DNA from: Candidatus Lindowbacteria bacterium RIFCSPLOWO2_12_FULL_62_27
Lineage (GTDB): Bacteria; Lindowbacteria; 2-12-FULL-62-27
Direction of reading: 5' to 3'
Length of the DNA: 64,000 nt
Assembly (NCBI GenBank): GCA_001784175.1
Contig: MFPR01000020.1
Span: forward strand, 186,001-250,000
This document shows, piece by piece, positions 1-9,182 of the stretch. The number at the start of each line of letters is the position of its first letter. Within the stretch, counting starts at the first letter, position 1. The position numbers and the translations under genes are program-made. The notes under the pieces were generated by a model. It made no database searches, was not told the origin of the DNA, and saw only the letters and a list, made by a program, of their open reading frames with translations.

Positions 1-683
1 TCTGTAAAGAAAGTGAACGGGTGCCAGAAAACAGATAAGGGTCCGAAACGTTCCTGTGACATCCATCGTCGTGTAAACGACCTCGGCGGTGGAAAAGTCT
101 CTTTCAAAATATTGATGAACCGATGAAGTCCTTCCAGTTTGTCGGCGATGTTGTTCAACCGGACCACGTCACCAGCCGTGATGGATAGTTGCAAGTCGAT
201 GTCAGCCAGCCGGGGAATTCTTTGGCCCGGTGGCGGGGCCCATCGACAGGCCAGTGCGAAGGCCGCGTCGATCGCCGCCCAGAGCGCGATGTCAAGAAGG
301 GGGAGAGCATCCGCGCTGCCGCCCGCCCGAAGCGCCGCGTCCCGTTTTGAAAAAAAGTCTTCCCACAGACTTGCGGCCTCTGACGGGGTGAGGGGATGGG
401 GTCTTTCCCACGCTTGGGATGCCATCGATATAAACGTGTCGGCCATGCCGGAAACAGCTTTCCCCTGAGCGATCTTTCGGAAGAAGGGGCCGTTTCGTTG
501 TCTTCGCGCCGTTATTCTCTCTATGAGGTCGCTTCGGCTCGTGTAATCGACAACGAAGTCCCGGACGTTCTCCGAGTGGGTCTCTCGGGTTCTCGGGCCG
601 GCGGTTGTGACAACCAGAAATTCGTTGTCCGAGAACCGGATGACCGCTTCTGTTCCGGAGGACTTTAGAAAATCAAGAGCCAT
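1..683 (-). CDS. Hypothetical protein, 3' end beyond window start (partial)
   Basis: Manual translation from ATG at 683 (MALDFLKSSGTEAVIRFSDNEFLVV...) stays open to position 1; starts 6 nt after the stop of the HlyD-like gene; absent from the ORF track because it has no stop in the window. Confidence 0.6.
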   Translation of the reverse strand, partial: MALDFLKSSGTEAVIRFSDNEFLVVTTAGPRTRETHSENVRDFVVDYTSRSDLIERITARRQRNGPFFRKIAQGKAVSGMADTFISMASQAWERPHPLTPSEAASLWEDFFSKRDAALRAGGSADALPLLDIALWAAIDAAFALACRWAPPPGQRIPRLADIDLQLSITAGDVVRLNNIADKLEGLHRFINILKETFPPPRSFTRRWMSQERFGPLSVFWHPFTFFT

Positions 684-689
684 GGGGGG

Positions 690-1472
690 CTATTGTCCAA
701 ACTTGATAACCGCTCCCTCCGGCCTTTGGGCCAGGAGCACACCAAACAGAGAGCCTTTGTAATGTACGGCCTCGACGACCACTTCCGATCCGATTGGAGG
801 GACGGTCGTATCCGTGAATGCGACGGTGCAGTTGACATGAGATTCATAAGAACGGTTCGGCCGGATGAGGCCAACACCCCGGAAAACAACTCTGCCTGAA
901 TAACGCTTGCCCCAGACATCCGTTATCGAAACAAGAGAGCCTTCGCCAAACGCCCTAAACCCGCGTTCGGGCACAGGCACATCAATTGTCGGAGAATCCG
1001 ATTGATAAATACGAAACAGCGGTCGGTCTTCGATGACCGTGCGGCCTTCCTCCAAAAAATCGAATAATTCGACGATCCCGGTCACGGGTGCGCGAAGAAC
1101 CACGGCCTTCATATTCTCTTCGAGCCGCTGCATCCGCGTTTTGACGTGTTCATCTCGCGGGAGCGGTATGTCAATCCATCCAGTTTCGAGTTTGGATTGT
1201 AAAGATGAGATTTCATCTGCGAAGCCGCCCGTATCCAGAATCAGGACGGGATCGCCCGCAGAAACCTTCACGCCTGTTGAGGCGACGATTTTTTTCAGAG
1301 GCGCCTTAAACGGTGCGGAGACCAGGATGGTCTTGCCGGTCACTGTTCCGGCCGCCGGAACCACGATGCGGACGGGAACGAATATTGTCAGGGCGACAGC
1401 GACCATGACCGCGAGGCCCAAAACGGTCCTGCCGATTCGAGCGATGAATTTGGGTGAAATCCAGCGGTTCAT
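690..1472 (-). CDS. HlyD/membrane-fusion (periplasmic adaptor) family protein
   Basis: N-terminal TM segment, split lipoyl-like halves (VSTGVKVSAGDPVL / LRAPVTGIVE...EGRTV) around a short coiled region, C-terminal beta-barrel-like part. Confidence 0.7.
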   Translation of the reverse strand: MNRWISPKFIARIGRTVLGLAVMVAVALTIFVPVRIVVPAAGTVTGKTILVSAPFKAPLKKIVASTGVKVSAGDPVLILDTGGFADEISSLQSKLETGWIDIPLPRDEHVKTRMQRLEENMKAVVLRAPVTGIVELFDFLEEGRTVIEDRPLFRIYQSDSPTIDVPVPERGFRAFGEGSLVSITDVWGKRYSGRVVFRGVGLIRPNRSYESHVNCTVAFTDTTVPPIGSEVVVEAVHYKGSLFGVLLAQRPEGAVIKFGQ

Positions 1473-2362
1473 TCTTCCACGTCCGTCGATTTTTCTTCAA
1501 TCAGTTCCTTGTTCAAGGCGACAAGAGACGATCCCGGTGAGCCCGGATAGGGCGTTGGATTCTCCATAAACAGTCTGTCGCACTGGGGACAGCTTGTCAC
1601 ATCCGGCTGTAAATCGAGAGACCTCTTTTTTCCATCCTCGCGCGGTGGGACAAGGTGAACGAAACTCGACGGCGAGTACCATTCGGCGGGAGGCTTGCCG
1701 CCCACGCGCCTGAGAAGGTCCTCCGCCAGATCCAACAGCGTCTTCACCGCGCTCATGAACGCCGTTTTTGAAGCGGAGGCTCGGCCAAGATAAGGCGACA
1801 TGCCGCGGGCCAGGTCGTGACTGTTGGTGATCCGGCGGCTGATGCTCGCCACTTCCAGATAAATCTTGAACAGGAGGTCCATCGATTGGTCCCCTCGGGC
1901 CAACAGTTCATTGAGGTTGTCGATCCACGTATCGAGACGAATCCGGTGATGGAACAATTCGCGCGATGGGATGAGGCGCGTTCGATGAGCGTTCTCGGCG
2001 ATTTTCTTCAGGGTGTCGGCGATCCCCGTCTTGTCGAACAGGCATTGACCGCCCAGGACGGCGTCCCGGATACCGGAAGGGTCGGGAAACATTTGGATGT
2101 GGGACAAGACCCATTGGAACGCGGGGAACCGGATCATCACGGCCCAGCCCTTGCCGCGCCTCCAATACACATGGCCGTCGCGCGTCCCACCGTCCATTTC
2201 GACCGCCACCAGAGTGGTAATCCCCAGATCACGGAACAGACCGCTGGGTTCATCGGTGCTCGCCTTGGGATGTCGGAACACGGCCAGGCTCGTTTTTTCG
2301 TTCCGATACCAGTCCGACCAGAATTGGATCGCTTTTTCTCTGGCTTCACGCGGTTCGATCAT
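1469..2362 (-). CDS. Hypothetical protein, possible degenerate nucleotidyltransferase-fold plus helical domain
   Basis: GQCLFDKTGIADTLKKIAE resembles the end of Pol-beta-like NTase domains; C-terminal CPQC; ATGA overlap with the HlyD-like gene. Confidence 0.45.
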   Translation of the reverse strand: MIEPREAREKAIQFWSDWYRNEKTSLAVFRHPKASTDEPSGLFRDLGITTLVAVEMDGGTRDGHVYWRRGKGWAVMIRFPAFQWVLSHIQMFPDPSGIRDAVLGGQCLFDKTGIADTLKKIAENAHRTRLIPSRELFHHRIRLDTWIDNLNELLARGDQSMDLLFKIYLEVASISRRITNSHDLARGMSPYLGRASASKTAFMSAVKTLLDLAEDLLRRVGGKPPAEWYSPSSFVHLVPPREDGKKRSLDLQPDVTSCPQCDRLFMENPTPYPGSPGSSLVALNKELIEEKSTDVEE

Positions 2363-2445
2363 CTGGGACGTATTCTATCATCAAAGCCGAGAGGGCAAAA
2401 GGGGCGGTCGATACGCCTCTCTCTCATGAGAGAGTGGCCTGTCCA

Positions 2446-2474
2446 TTGACTTTTCCCCGGTGTCCGCGTAAGTT
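2446..2474 (+). promoter_or_regulatory. Putative sigma70 promoter
   Basis: TTGACT-17 nt-TAAGTT immediately upstream of the TPR gene start. Confidence 0.5.
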
Positions 2475-2483
2475 GCATTGGCC

Positions 2484-3623
2484 ATGTCGAAGAAAAACAG
2501 GCGCGACCGGCAGGAACGCGGGAAACCTTTTCAACCGGAGCAGGGCAAACCTGCGCCATCGGGCACGCCCGCCGGTCAGCCCCCCGGCGCGGCGCCGCAG
2601 CCGCCTGCGCCCGTCCAGCCTGGGGCGCCCGAGGGACCTTCGGGGGTCGACCCCAAATACTTGACGTGGTCCTGGTATGGCAAAATCTTTCTCGGCTGTT
2701 TTGTTCTGACGTGGATCGCGTTTCTTGGGTTTGTCTACATCATGAAGAGCATTTCCAGGGGTTACACGGAAGACGGCATCGCGATGTACCGGATGGCGAA
2801 GAGTCTCCAGGCCCAGAAGGAGCGGCATCCGGATATCGTGACGGCGGAACTCGCGGCGCTCGACGCCGTCGTCGATATCGAAAAACTCAAGGCTTTCATC
2901 CTCAGCGACGTCGCCTACAAGGAGGTCGTCACGGAGGACACCAAAGCATGGCTCCGGGAACAGGATGAAAAATATACGGAGCTGTTGGATCACCTCAAAC
3001 AAGTCAAGGCATTTGACCCGATCCAGGAAAAAATTCGGGACAAGACCGTGGAAAAAATACAGATCATCCAGGACAGCGTCCGGACCATCCTCAAAAAGGC
3101 CGATATGTCCGACCGGCTCGCGTTTCGAAACACGGCGATCGCGCTGGACCGGACCATCAACCAGGCCGCCTGGTACAGTCAGATCGCCGCCGGGTTCTTT
3201 TCCTGGCCCGCCGCACTCGATGCCGCCGAACGGTCTTTCTTTGAAGCCCTTCGGTTCTGGCAGGAGAATCCGGAGGCGGCGTACTGGTGGGGCCGGGTGC
3301 TGGACGAAACGGCCATCCATGACGTGGCGGCGGAAAAAAAGATCATGGCGGTTCGATTCGATCCAAAATCCGAGCTCGCCGACAGCATCGTTGTGGAATT
3401 CAAGACGGCCCTCGACGCGAACCCGGAGGCGCCCCGCGCGATTTACAATTATGCGTTCGCCCTCTACCGCAAAGGCCGCGTGGATGAGGCGGTTCCCCTC
3501 TACCGCAAGGTCTATGAAAAAGATCCGCAGATGGAAACCTTCGAAGGATTCCTCGCCAAACGCCGGCTGGATATCATCGAACGCAAGATCGACATGCGCT
3601 GGTACAAGACTGACGATTTCTAG
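2484..3623 (+). CDS. Membrane-anchored TPR protein
   Basis: Pro/Gln-rich N-terminus, one TM helix, TPR-like repeats (AIYNYAFALYRKGRVDEAVPLYRKVYEKDP). Alternative TTG start at 2478. Confidence 0.75.
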   Translation: MSKKNRRDRQERGKPFQPEQGKPAPSGTPAGQPPGAAPQPPAPVQPGAPEGPSGVDPKYLTWSWYGKIFLGCFVLTWIAFLGFVYIMKSISRGYTEDGIAMYRMAKSLQAQKERHPDIVTAELAALDAVVDIEKLKAFILSDVAYKEVVTEDTKAWLREQDEKYTELLDHLKQVKAFDPIQEKIRDKTVEKIQIIQDSVRTILKKADMSDRLAFRNTAIALDRTINQAAWYSQIAAGFFSWPAALDAAERSFFEALRFWQENPEAAYWWGRVLDETAIHDVAAEKKIMAVRFDPKSELADSIVVEFKTALDANPEAPRAIYNYAFALYRKGRVDEAVPLYRKVYEKDPQMETFEGFLAKRRLDIIERKIDMRWYKTDDF

Positions 3624-3653
3624 CATCCGGTAACGAATACCCCGCTTTTCTCG

Positions 3654-4205
3654 ATGGGAATCCTGAAAGTCGCCAGGCTTGGGCACCCCGCCATTCGCGC
3701 AGGCGCGCTACCCGTGCCGGACGGGTGGTGGAAGTCGCCGGCGGCCCGGCAGTTCCTTCTGGACATGGTCGATACGATGCGCGAGTACGGCGGCGTCGGC
3801 TTGGCCGCGCCGCAGGTTCACCAGCCCGTCCGAGTCGCCGTCATCGAAATCGAACACAATCCGCGGTATCCACAGGCGCCCCCCTTCCCGCTCACCGTTC
3901 TCATCAACCCCCGAATTGTCTGGCGCTCGGATGAAACCGAGGAGAACTGGGAGGGTTGCCTCTCGGTGCCGGACCTGCGCGGCCGCGTGGCACGGGCGTC
4001 GAGCGTCAGAATAGAGGCGGTCGACGAAAATGGCCGGACCCGCGCCTGCGAAGCGTCCGGATTCGCCGCGCGCGCCTTCCAGCACGAACTTGATCACCTG
4101 GATGGCAAGGTCTTCCTGGACCGGATGGACACGCCGTCCAGCCTGACGCATCTTGACGAGTATTATCGGTTTCACTGCCGGGATGGCGGCGAATCCGAGT
4201 CTTGA
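3654..4205 (+). CDS. def: Peptide deformylase
   Basis: GVGLAAPQ, EGCLS and QHELDHLDG motifs. Confidence 0.97.
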   Translation: MGILKVARLGHPAIRAGALPVPDGWWKSPAARQFLLDMVDTMREYGGVGLAAPQVHQPVRVAVIEIEHNPRYPQAPPFPLTVLINPRIVWRSDETEENWEGCLSVPDLRGRVARASSVRIEAVDENGRTRACEASGFAARAFQHELDHLDGKVFLDRMDTPSSLTHLDEYYRFHCRDGGESES

Positions 4206-4230
4206 AAACGCAATCCGGTTTGTATATGAT
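4202..4230 (+). promoter_or_regulatory. Putative sigma70 promoter of htpX
   Basis: TTGAAA-17 nt-TATGAT, followed by a purine-rich SD (AAGGGGAG) before ATG 4267. Confidence 0.5.
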
Positions 4231-4266
4231 ATGGACACGTTATGACATCTGAAAGGGGAGAACCCT

Positions 4267-5157
4267 ATGGCATGGATTAAAAGAATATTTCTGTTTGTCG
4301 CTGTCAACCTGCTGGTGATTGTCACCATCTCGATCGTTCTGAACGTCCTCGGCGTGAAGCCATACATCACGGCCCGCGGCATCGACTACCGGATGCTCAT
4401 GGCGTTCTGTCTCGTATGGGGCATGGGCGGCGCCTTCATATCGCTCGCGCTGTCCAAAGTCATGGCCAAATGGATGGCCGGCGTTCGGGTCATTGAGCCT
4501 GACACGCGCGAGCCGGTCCTCCGAGACCTGGTCCAGATGGTCCATTCCTTGGCCCGGCGCGCCGGCATGACGAAGATGCCGGAAGTCGGCGTTTACGACA
4601 GCCCGGAAATCAACGCGTTCGCCACCGGCCCCACAAAAAACAGTTCCATCGTCGCCGTCTCCACCGGACTCCTTCAGCGCATGGACCGCAGCCAGCTCGA
4701 AGGCGTCCTCGGACACGAAATTTCTCACATCAACAACGGCGACATGGTCACGATGACGCTCATCCAGGGCGTCGTCAACGCATTCGTCATGTTCTTCGCT
4801 CGCGTCATCTCCTGGGCCGTCTGCCAGAACGTCAAGGAGAATGCGCGGTACCTCGTGCATTTCCTCGTGACCATGGTGCTTGAGATCGTCTTCAGTCTCC
4901 TCGGGTTCATCGTCGTCGCTTACTTTTCAAGACACCGCGAGTACCGGGCCGATGCGGGCGGCGCGCGCGTCGCGGGACGCGATAAAATGATCGATGCGCT
5001 CAAGGCGCTCATGGGTTCCGAACGGATGGTGGACAAGGGCAACGAGGCGCTGGCCACGCTCAAGATTTCCGGCCGGCCCTCCGGATTCATGGCGCTCTTC
5101 GCCACGCATCCGGCCTTGGAGGACCGGATCCGCAGACTGGAGTCGGCGCGGATCTAG
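4267..5157 (+). CDS. htpX: Membrane zinc metalloprotease HtpX (M48)
   Basis: INAFATG, GHEISH (HExxH), NGDMVTMTL, SRHREYRAD, FATHP motifs. Confidence 0.97.
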   Translation: MAWIKRIFLFVAVNLLVIVTISIVLNVLGVKPYITARGIDYRMLMAFCLVWGMGGAFISLALSKVMAKWMAGVRVIEPDTREPVLRDLVQMVHSLARRAGMTKMPEVGVYDSPEINAFATGPTKNSSIVAVSTGLLQRMDRSQLEGVLGHEISHINNGDMVTMTLIQGVVNAFVMFFARVISWAVCQNVKENARYLVHFLVTMVLEIVFSLLGFIVVAYFSRHREYRADAGGARVAGRDKMIDALKALMGSERMVDKGNEALATLKISGRPSGFMALFATHPALEDRIRRLESARI

Positions 5158-5927
5158 GTATCCCCCTCTCCCGCCTTTGGCGGGAGAGGGTTGGGGTGAG
5201 GGTGGCCGTCCCGAAGCCGTTCGGACACCAGCAGCAGTCGAAAGGGCCACCGCCAGGGAGCGGTGGCGATGTAGGGATAGCCGCCTTTCGCGAGGATCCC
5301 TCGCATTTCGCCCAACGTGTAGGCGCGCCGGAAGGACAGCGGCGCGTCGTTTCGAAACAGGAGGCTTGGTGGCGCCAGCCTCCGGGCCACCACTTTACAC
5401 ATCCAGTAGAACAGCGCCGTTCGGCGAAGGTCGGTGAGAATCACGCCCACCCGAGCCAGCCGGTACGCCTTCCATAAGAAAAACGAAATCTGCTCGCTCG
5501 ATAGATGATGAAGAAGCAGCGATGCGATCACAAAATCAAAACTGCCGTCCGAAAACTTCGATTCGAAAAAATCCGAGTGGACAATGTCGATCTCCGGATA
5601 TCCCGAGATCCGCTCCCGCGCCAGCCGGACGGCGTGCGGATGCGAATCGATCCCGATCAGGCGCATCCCCCAGCCCCGCCGGCGCGACAGCCTGGCCAGC
5701 GTCTCGTCGATGTCCCCGCCGCCGCAGCCGACGTCCAGCACCGTGAAGGAGGACAGGCCGCGGACGCGCACCATCTCCTCCAGCGCTCGAACCACGGTCG
5801 ACGCGCCGCCCAGCCGGTGATTGGTCCACTCGACCGCACGAAACGCGCTCGCGTATTCATCGTAGGGAATAAGTTCGGCGGGCGCGTCGATCTGCTCCCG
5901 CTGGTGTTGTTCCCGTTTAAGCCACAT
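5154..5927 (-). CDS. Class I SAM-dependent methyltransferase
   Basis: VLDVGCGGGD, FDFVIASLLLHH, DLRR, DAPLSFRRAYT. Start set at ATG 5927 (MWLKREQH), overlapping the fabF end. Confidence 0.85.
   Translation of the reverse strand: MWLKREQHQREQIDAPAELIPYDEYASAFRAVEWTNHRLGGASTVVRALEEMVRVRGLSSFTVLDVGCGGGDIDETLARLSRRRGWGMRLIGIDSHPHAVRLARERISGYPEIDIVHSDFFESKFSDGSFDFVIASLLLHHLSSEQISFFLWKAYRLARVGVILTDLRRTALFYWMCKVVARRLAPPSLLFRNDAPLSFRRAYTLGEMRGILAKGGYPYIATAPWRWPFRLLLVSERLRDGHPHPNPLPPKAGEGDT
5161..5206. repeat. REP-like palindromic repeat (CCCTCTCCC...GGGAGAGGG-TTGGGGTGAGGG family)
   Basis: Hairpin CCCTCTCCCGCC-TTT-GGCGGGAGAGGG; related copies at 26242, 30675, 30745, 46399. Confidence 0.85.
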
Positions 5928-7191
5928 GGCGGCTGACAATGAGCGCGGCGTTCTTGGATCCGAAGGCCAGCGTGTTGACCAGGGCGGCATCGCACCGCCA
6001 CTTGCGCGCGCGGTTCGGCACGTAATCGAGATCGCACGCAGGGTCAGGCTCGTCCAGATTGACGGTGGGCGACACCACACCGTCGGTGATCGGCAAAAGC
6101 GCCGCCGCCAGGCCCGCCGCGCCGCTCGCGCCCTGCGGATGGCCGATCATCGACTTGACGGAACTGCACGGGATGCGGCGGCCGGCCGGCCCGAAGGCGG
6201 CTTTGACGGCTTCCGTCTCGATCGCGTCGTTCATCCGCGTCGAGGTTCCATGCACCTGGATGTGGCCGATGTCCGCCAACGTGAGGTTCGCGTCCTCCAC
6301 CGCCAGCCGCATCGCCCGCGCGCTTTCGGCCGGGTCCTTCAGTTTGACACGGTGATGGGCCTCGCAAGTCGCGCCGTAGCCGCGAATCTCTCCATATATT
6401 CTTGCGTCCCGCCCGAGGGCGAGATCCGCCCGCTCCAGCACAAACATCCACGCGCCCTCTCCCAGCACAAATCCGTCCCGCGCGGCGTCGAAGGGCCGCG
6501 ACGCGCGCGCCGGGTCATCGTTCCATCGCGCCGCCAACACGCGCATCATGTCGAACCCGGCCATGATGCCCGGCGTGATCGTCGCGTCCACCCCGCCCGT
6601 CAGCACGCGGTCCAGCCGGCCCGACCGGATGTGGTGCAGGGCGTACCCGATGGCGTCGCTCGAACTGGTGCACCCGTCCGAGATGACGTGGGAAAGTCCG
6701 CGCAAGCCAAAATGGATCGATATCTCGCTTCCCAGCGTGCCGGTCGTTGAACTGGAGATGTTGTACACGGAAAGACGCGCGCTGTCTTCGCGATGGCCAT
6801 GGTGTCCGTTGCCGAAATATATCTCGTATTGCCGTTCCGAAAAATCGATCGGCCCCCCGCCGCTGCCGATGCACACGCCGAACCGCCGCCGATCCTCGTC
6901 CGTGAGCCGCTCCGCCGCAAGACCCGCATCCGACATCGCCTCCCCGCTGGCCGCCAGCGCCATCGGCACGGCCCGGCTGATATGCCGCAGGTCCCGGTCG
7001 CCGGCCGGTAGATGGGCCGCCGCGTCAAATTCCAGCGCCTGCCCCGCGATCCGGGTCTTCAGCCGCCCGGGATCGAAAAGCTCTATCCTCCGAACCCCGC
7101 TCCGCCCCTCCACGAGCGCCCGCCGAAACGCCGGCCACCCCTGAGCGTTCGGCGATACCACACCGACCCCGGTGATCACCGCTTGATCCAC
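5917..7191 (-). CDS. fabF: Beta-ketoacyl-ACP synthase II family (FabF-like)
   Basis: AVITGVGVVSP start, Cys-His-His triad (DGCTSS, HGTST, GHPQGASG), RPFD..RDGFVLGEGA, AFGSKNA. Start set at GTG 7191. Confidence 0.88.
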   Translation of the reverse strand: MDQAVITGVGVVSPNAQGWPAFRRALVEGRSGVRRIELFDPGRLKTRIAGQALEFDAAAHLPAGDRDLRHISRAVPMALAASGEAMSDAGLAAERLTDEDRRRFGVCIGSGGGPIDFSERQYEIYFGNGHHGHREDSARLSVYNISSSTTGTLGSEISIHFGLRGLSHVISDGCTSSSDAIGYALHHIRSGRLDRVLTGGVDATITPGIMAGFDMMRVLAARWNDDPARASRPFDAARDGFVLGEGAWMFVLERADLALGRDARIYGEIRGYGATCEAHHRVKLKDPAESARAMRLAVEDANLTLADIGHIQVHGTSTRMNDAIETEAVKAAFGPAGRRIPCSSVKSMIGHPQGASGAAGLAAALLPITDGVVSPTVNLDEPDPACDLDYVPNRARKWRCDAALVNTLAFGSKNAALIVSRHVA

Positions 7192-7257
7192 GGACTCACG
7201 GTAACAAAGCAACTTGGCGCGGGCAACGTTCCCCCTCACCCACATCAAAAAAAAGCC

Positions 7258-7294
7258 TTGACAGACAGACAGACAGACAGACAGACAGTATAGT
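7258..7294 (+). promoter_or_regulatory. Sigma70-like promoter with a microsatellite spacer
   Basis: TTGACA (7258-7263), 25-nt spacer made of the repeat, TATAGT (7289-7294); A-tract upstream. Confidence 0.65.
7261..7288 (+). repeat. (ACAG)7 tetranucleotide microsatellite
   Basis: Seven perfect ACAG units read directly. Confidence 0.97.
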
Positions 7295-7298
7295 ATGC

Positions 7299-9182
7299 GT
7301 GAAACGCGGATGGCGTTGGCGGGCGGCAAGGACGACGGTGTGGATCATGGGCGGCGTAGTGGGCGCCGTTATTATGTCGGAGGCGAATCTGTCCATGCAC
7401 GGGATAGATGACTCGATTGCCCGGGCGGCGCACCGGCATGGCGGACAGGGTGATATACCGGATACGGGCGTCTGTGACGAGGGAAACGATGCGGCGATCG
7501 AGCACACGGACGAACTTCTCGAACTTGGAAGTCCTATTTTGCTGGAAGGAGACTGGAATGTGGTCGAACCAACGGGTGGCGGATTCGTAGGCCAGGTGCG
7601 CGTCACGCCCGGGCTGGGAGATTACACGTTCCCGGTGACTGCGCACTTTGGAACCTGTGTGAATAAGTTCCAGATTGTGGGGATCGAAAATGGTGAGAAG
7701 TTCGTCATAACGGGTCCTTGTTCGCCCGTGGTGGATTCGCCGGTGACGTATGTCATGAAGCTGGTGGACCCCAAGACAGGGGATCCGGAGGAACCGGACC
7801 TGGCTGCCAGTCCGATCGAAAACATCATGGCGGGGGAGTTCCGTATCCGTGAGATCGCGGCAGGAACAGCGTTTGCCGCCATCAAGCTTCACGGGTTTAA
7901 CGGCGGCATTCCGCTGAGTGGTGTTGTGAAGTCGACCGAGTGGGGGTTTACCAACAGTCTGACGTTTGAATTCACGCAGGACGGCGCCCACGAACTTGAG
8001 ATGGTCTGGGAAGTGCCGGCGCCGCCGAACGGAAAATCTCGGACGATCGTCAGTTCCGCATTCAAACGCGTGCTTGTTGTGCCGGCGGGGTCGAAGTTCA
8101 CTGTTACCGACTGCCGCGCGGATTCGTCGGCTACCTGTGTGACTCGGACGGACAGCCCGGGATCATTTACGATTATGGGCCGGCAGGAAGCACGGCCACG
8201 AATGGATCCGACCCCGACCGCGTCGGAGCCGGAAGCCGAAGTCGAGATAACAGTGAAGCATCCGGGATTGAGCAACTTCAAGATCGGATTCCTCGCGGAA
8301 CGGGAGGCGGGCAGCGGGGGGCATGAGGCGGCCGTCCACCAGAATGTGGCGGGATCGGGGCCGTCGAATTTGACTGACGGCCAATGGGCCACGCATCCGC
8401 ATATCCCGATCGGCTTCCACAAGGACGGCGCGTTCCATGACGCGTCGGCCGGTGAGGTCAAGGGCGTGTACAAGGTGACGGCCTTCGGCGGCCGGGAGCG
8501 GGTGCGGATATTTGTGCTACCGAGCGGCGAAAGGTTTCGGACAATCCGGCCGAACGGCAGCATCGAGTTCGACGCCGAAATGGGCGGCCTCACCCACGAT
8601 GAGCAACAGCAGCAATTGAAACTGGTCGTGGGGTCGGGACGCTTTGCCGGATGCCACCTCGGAACCATTGAGATCGACGTCAAGGTCAAAGACGAGTTCG
8701 GCAACGATTTGGAGGCGTTGGGCCAAAGGATGACGGATGAGGGCATAACGAATATCACCCTTGTGGGTGGAACTTGTGAACATCACGGACCACGAAACGA
8801 CAACTTATTACAAAATTGCCGTACTCCGGACAACAATCACTTCGGGCGAATAAATCTAAACGACAGTATTATTGATGTCGCATCCGAGTTTGAAGCGTGG
8901 ACCGGGGATAATCTCCTGGTCAATGATATGAGCTTGGGGGAAGATGGCGAAGGGTATGGAGGTCGATTTGACCTCGACGGAGAATGGGAGGCATCGACCA
9001 GCCACGACCCCGAATACGGTCACTCCAATGGTAGCGCGGCCGATTTGGATGCGTCTAATGTCGACGATATAGTTGATGTACTCACAGACGTGCCTTTCAA
9101 TTATGCCGAGATATCGACAAGCGATCCTTTTACTCCAAACGCTTTCATCGACGAAGTCACTCACATCCACCTGATGAAATGA
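7299..9182 (+). CDS. Secreted multidomain protein with C-terminal MepA-like (LAS metallopeptidase) domain
   Basis: Hydrophobic N-terminus, beta-rich middle; C-terminal NDMSL..GGRFD...H....H..G.AADL and terminal HIHL resemble penicillin-insensitive murein endopeptidase motifs. Start codon uncertain. Confidence 0.65.
   Translation: MKRGWRWRAARTTVWIMGGVVGAVIMSEANLSMHGIDDSIARAAHRHGGQGDIPDTGVCDEGNDAAIEHTDELLELGSPILLEGDWNVVEPTGGGFVGQVRVTPGLGDYTFPVTAHFGTCVNKFQIVGIENGEKFVITGPCSPVVDSPVTYVMKLVDPKTGDPEEPDLAASPIENIMAGEFRIREIAAGTAFAAIKLHGFNGGIPLSGVVKSTEWGFTNSLTFEFTQDGAHELEMVWEVPAPPNGKSRTIVSSAFKRVLVVPAGSKFTVTDCRADSSATCVTRTDSPGSFTIMGRQEARPRMDPTPTASEPEAEVEITVKHPGLSNFKIGFLAEREAGSGGHEAAVHQNVAGSGPSNLTDGQWATHPHIPIGFHKDGAFHDASAGEVKGVYKVTAFGGRERVRIFVLPSGERFRTIRPNGSIEFDAEMGGLTHDEQQQQLKLVVGSGRFAGCHLGTIEIDVKVKDEFGNDLEALGQRMTDEGITNITLVGGTCEHHGPRNDNLLQNCRTPDNNHFGRINLNDSIIDVASEFEAWTGDNLLVNDMSLGEDGEGYGGRFDLDGEWEASTSHDPEYGHSNGSAADLDASNVDDIVDVLTDVPFNYAEISTSDPFTPNAFIDEVTHIHLMK

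Noticed and set aside
7192-7329. N-terminal extension of fabF through the microsatellite (CLSVCLSVC)
   Set aside because: FabF similarity begins at VDQAVITG (7191); the extension is the repeat read in reverse.
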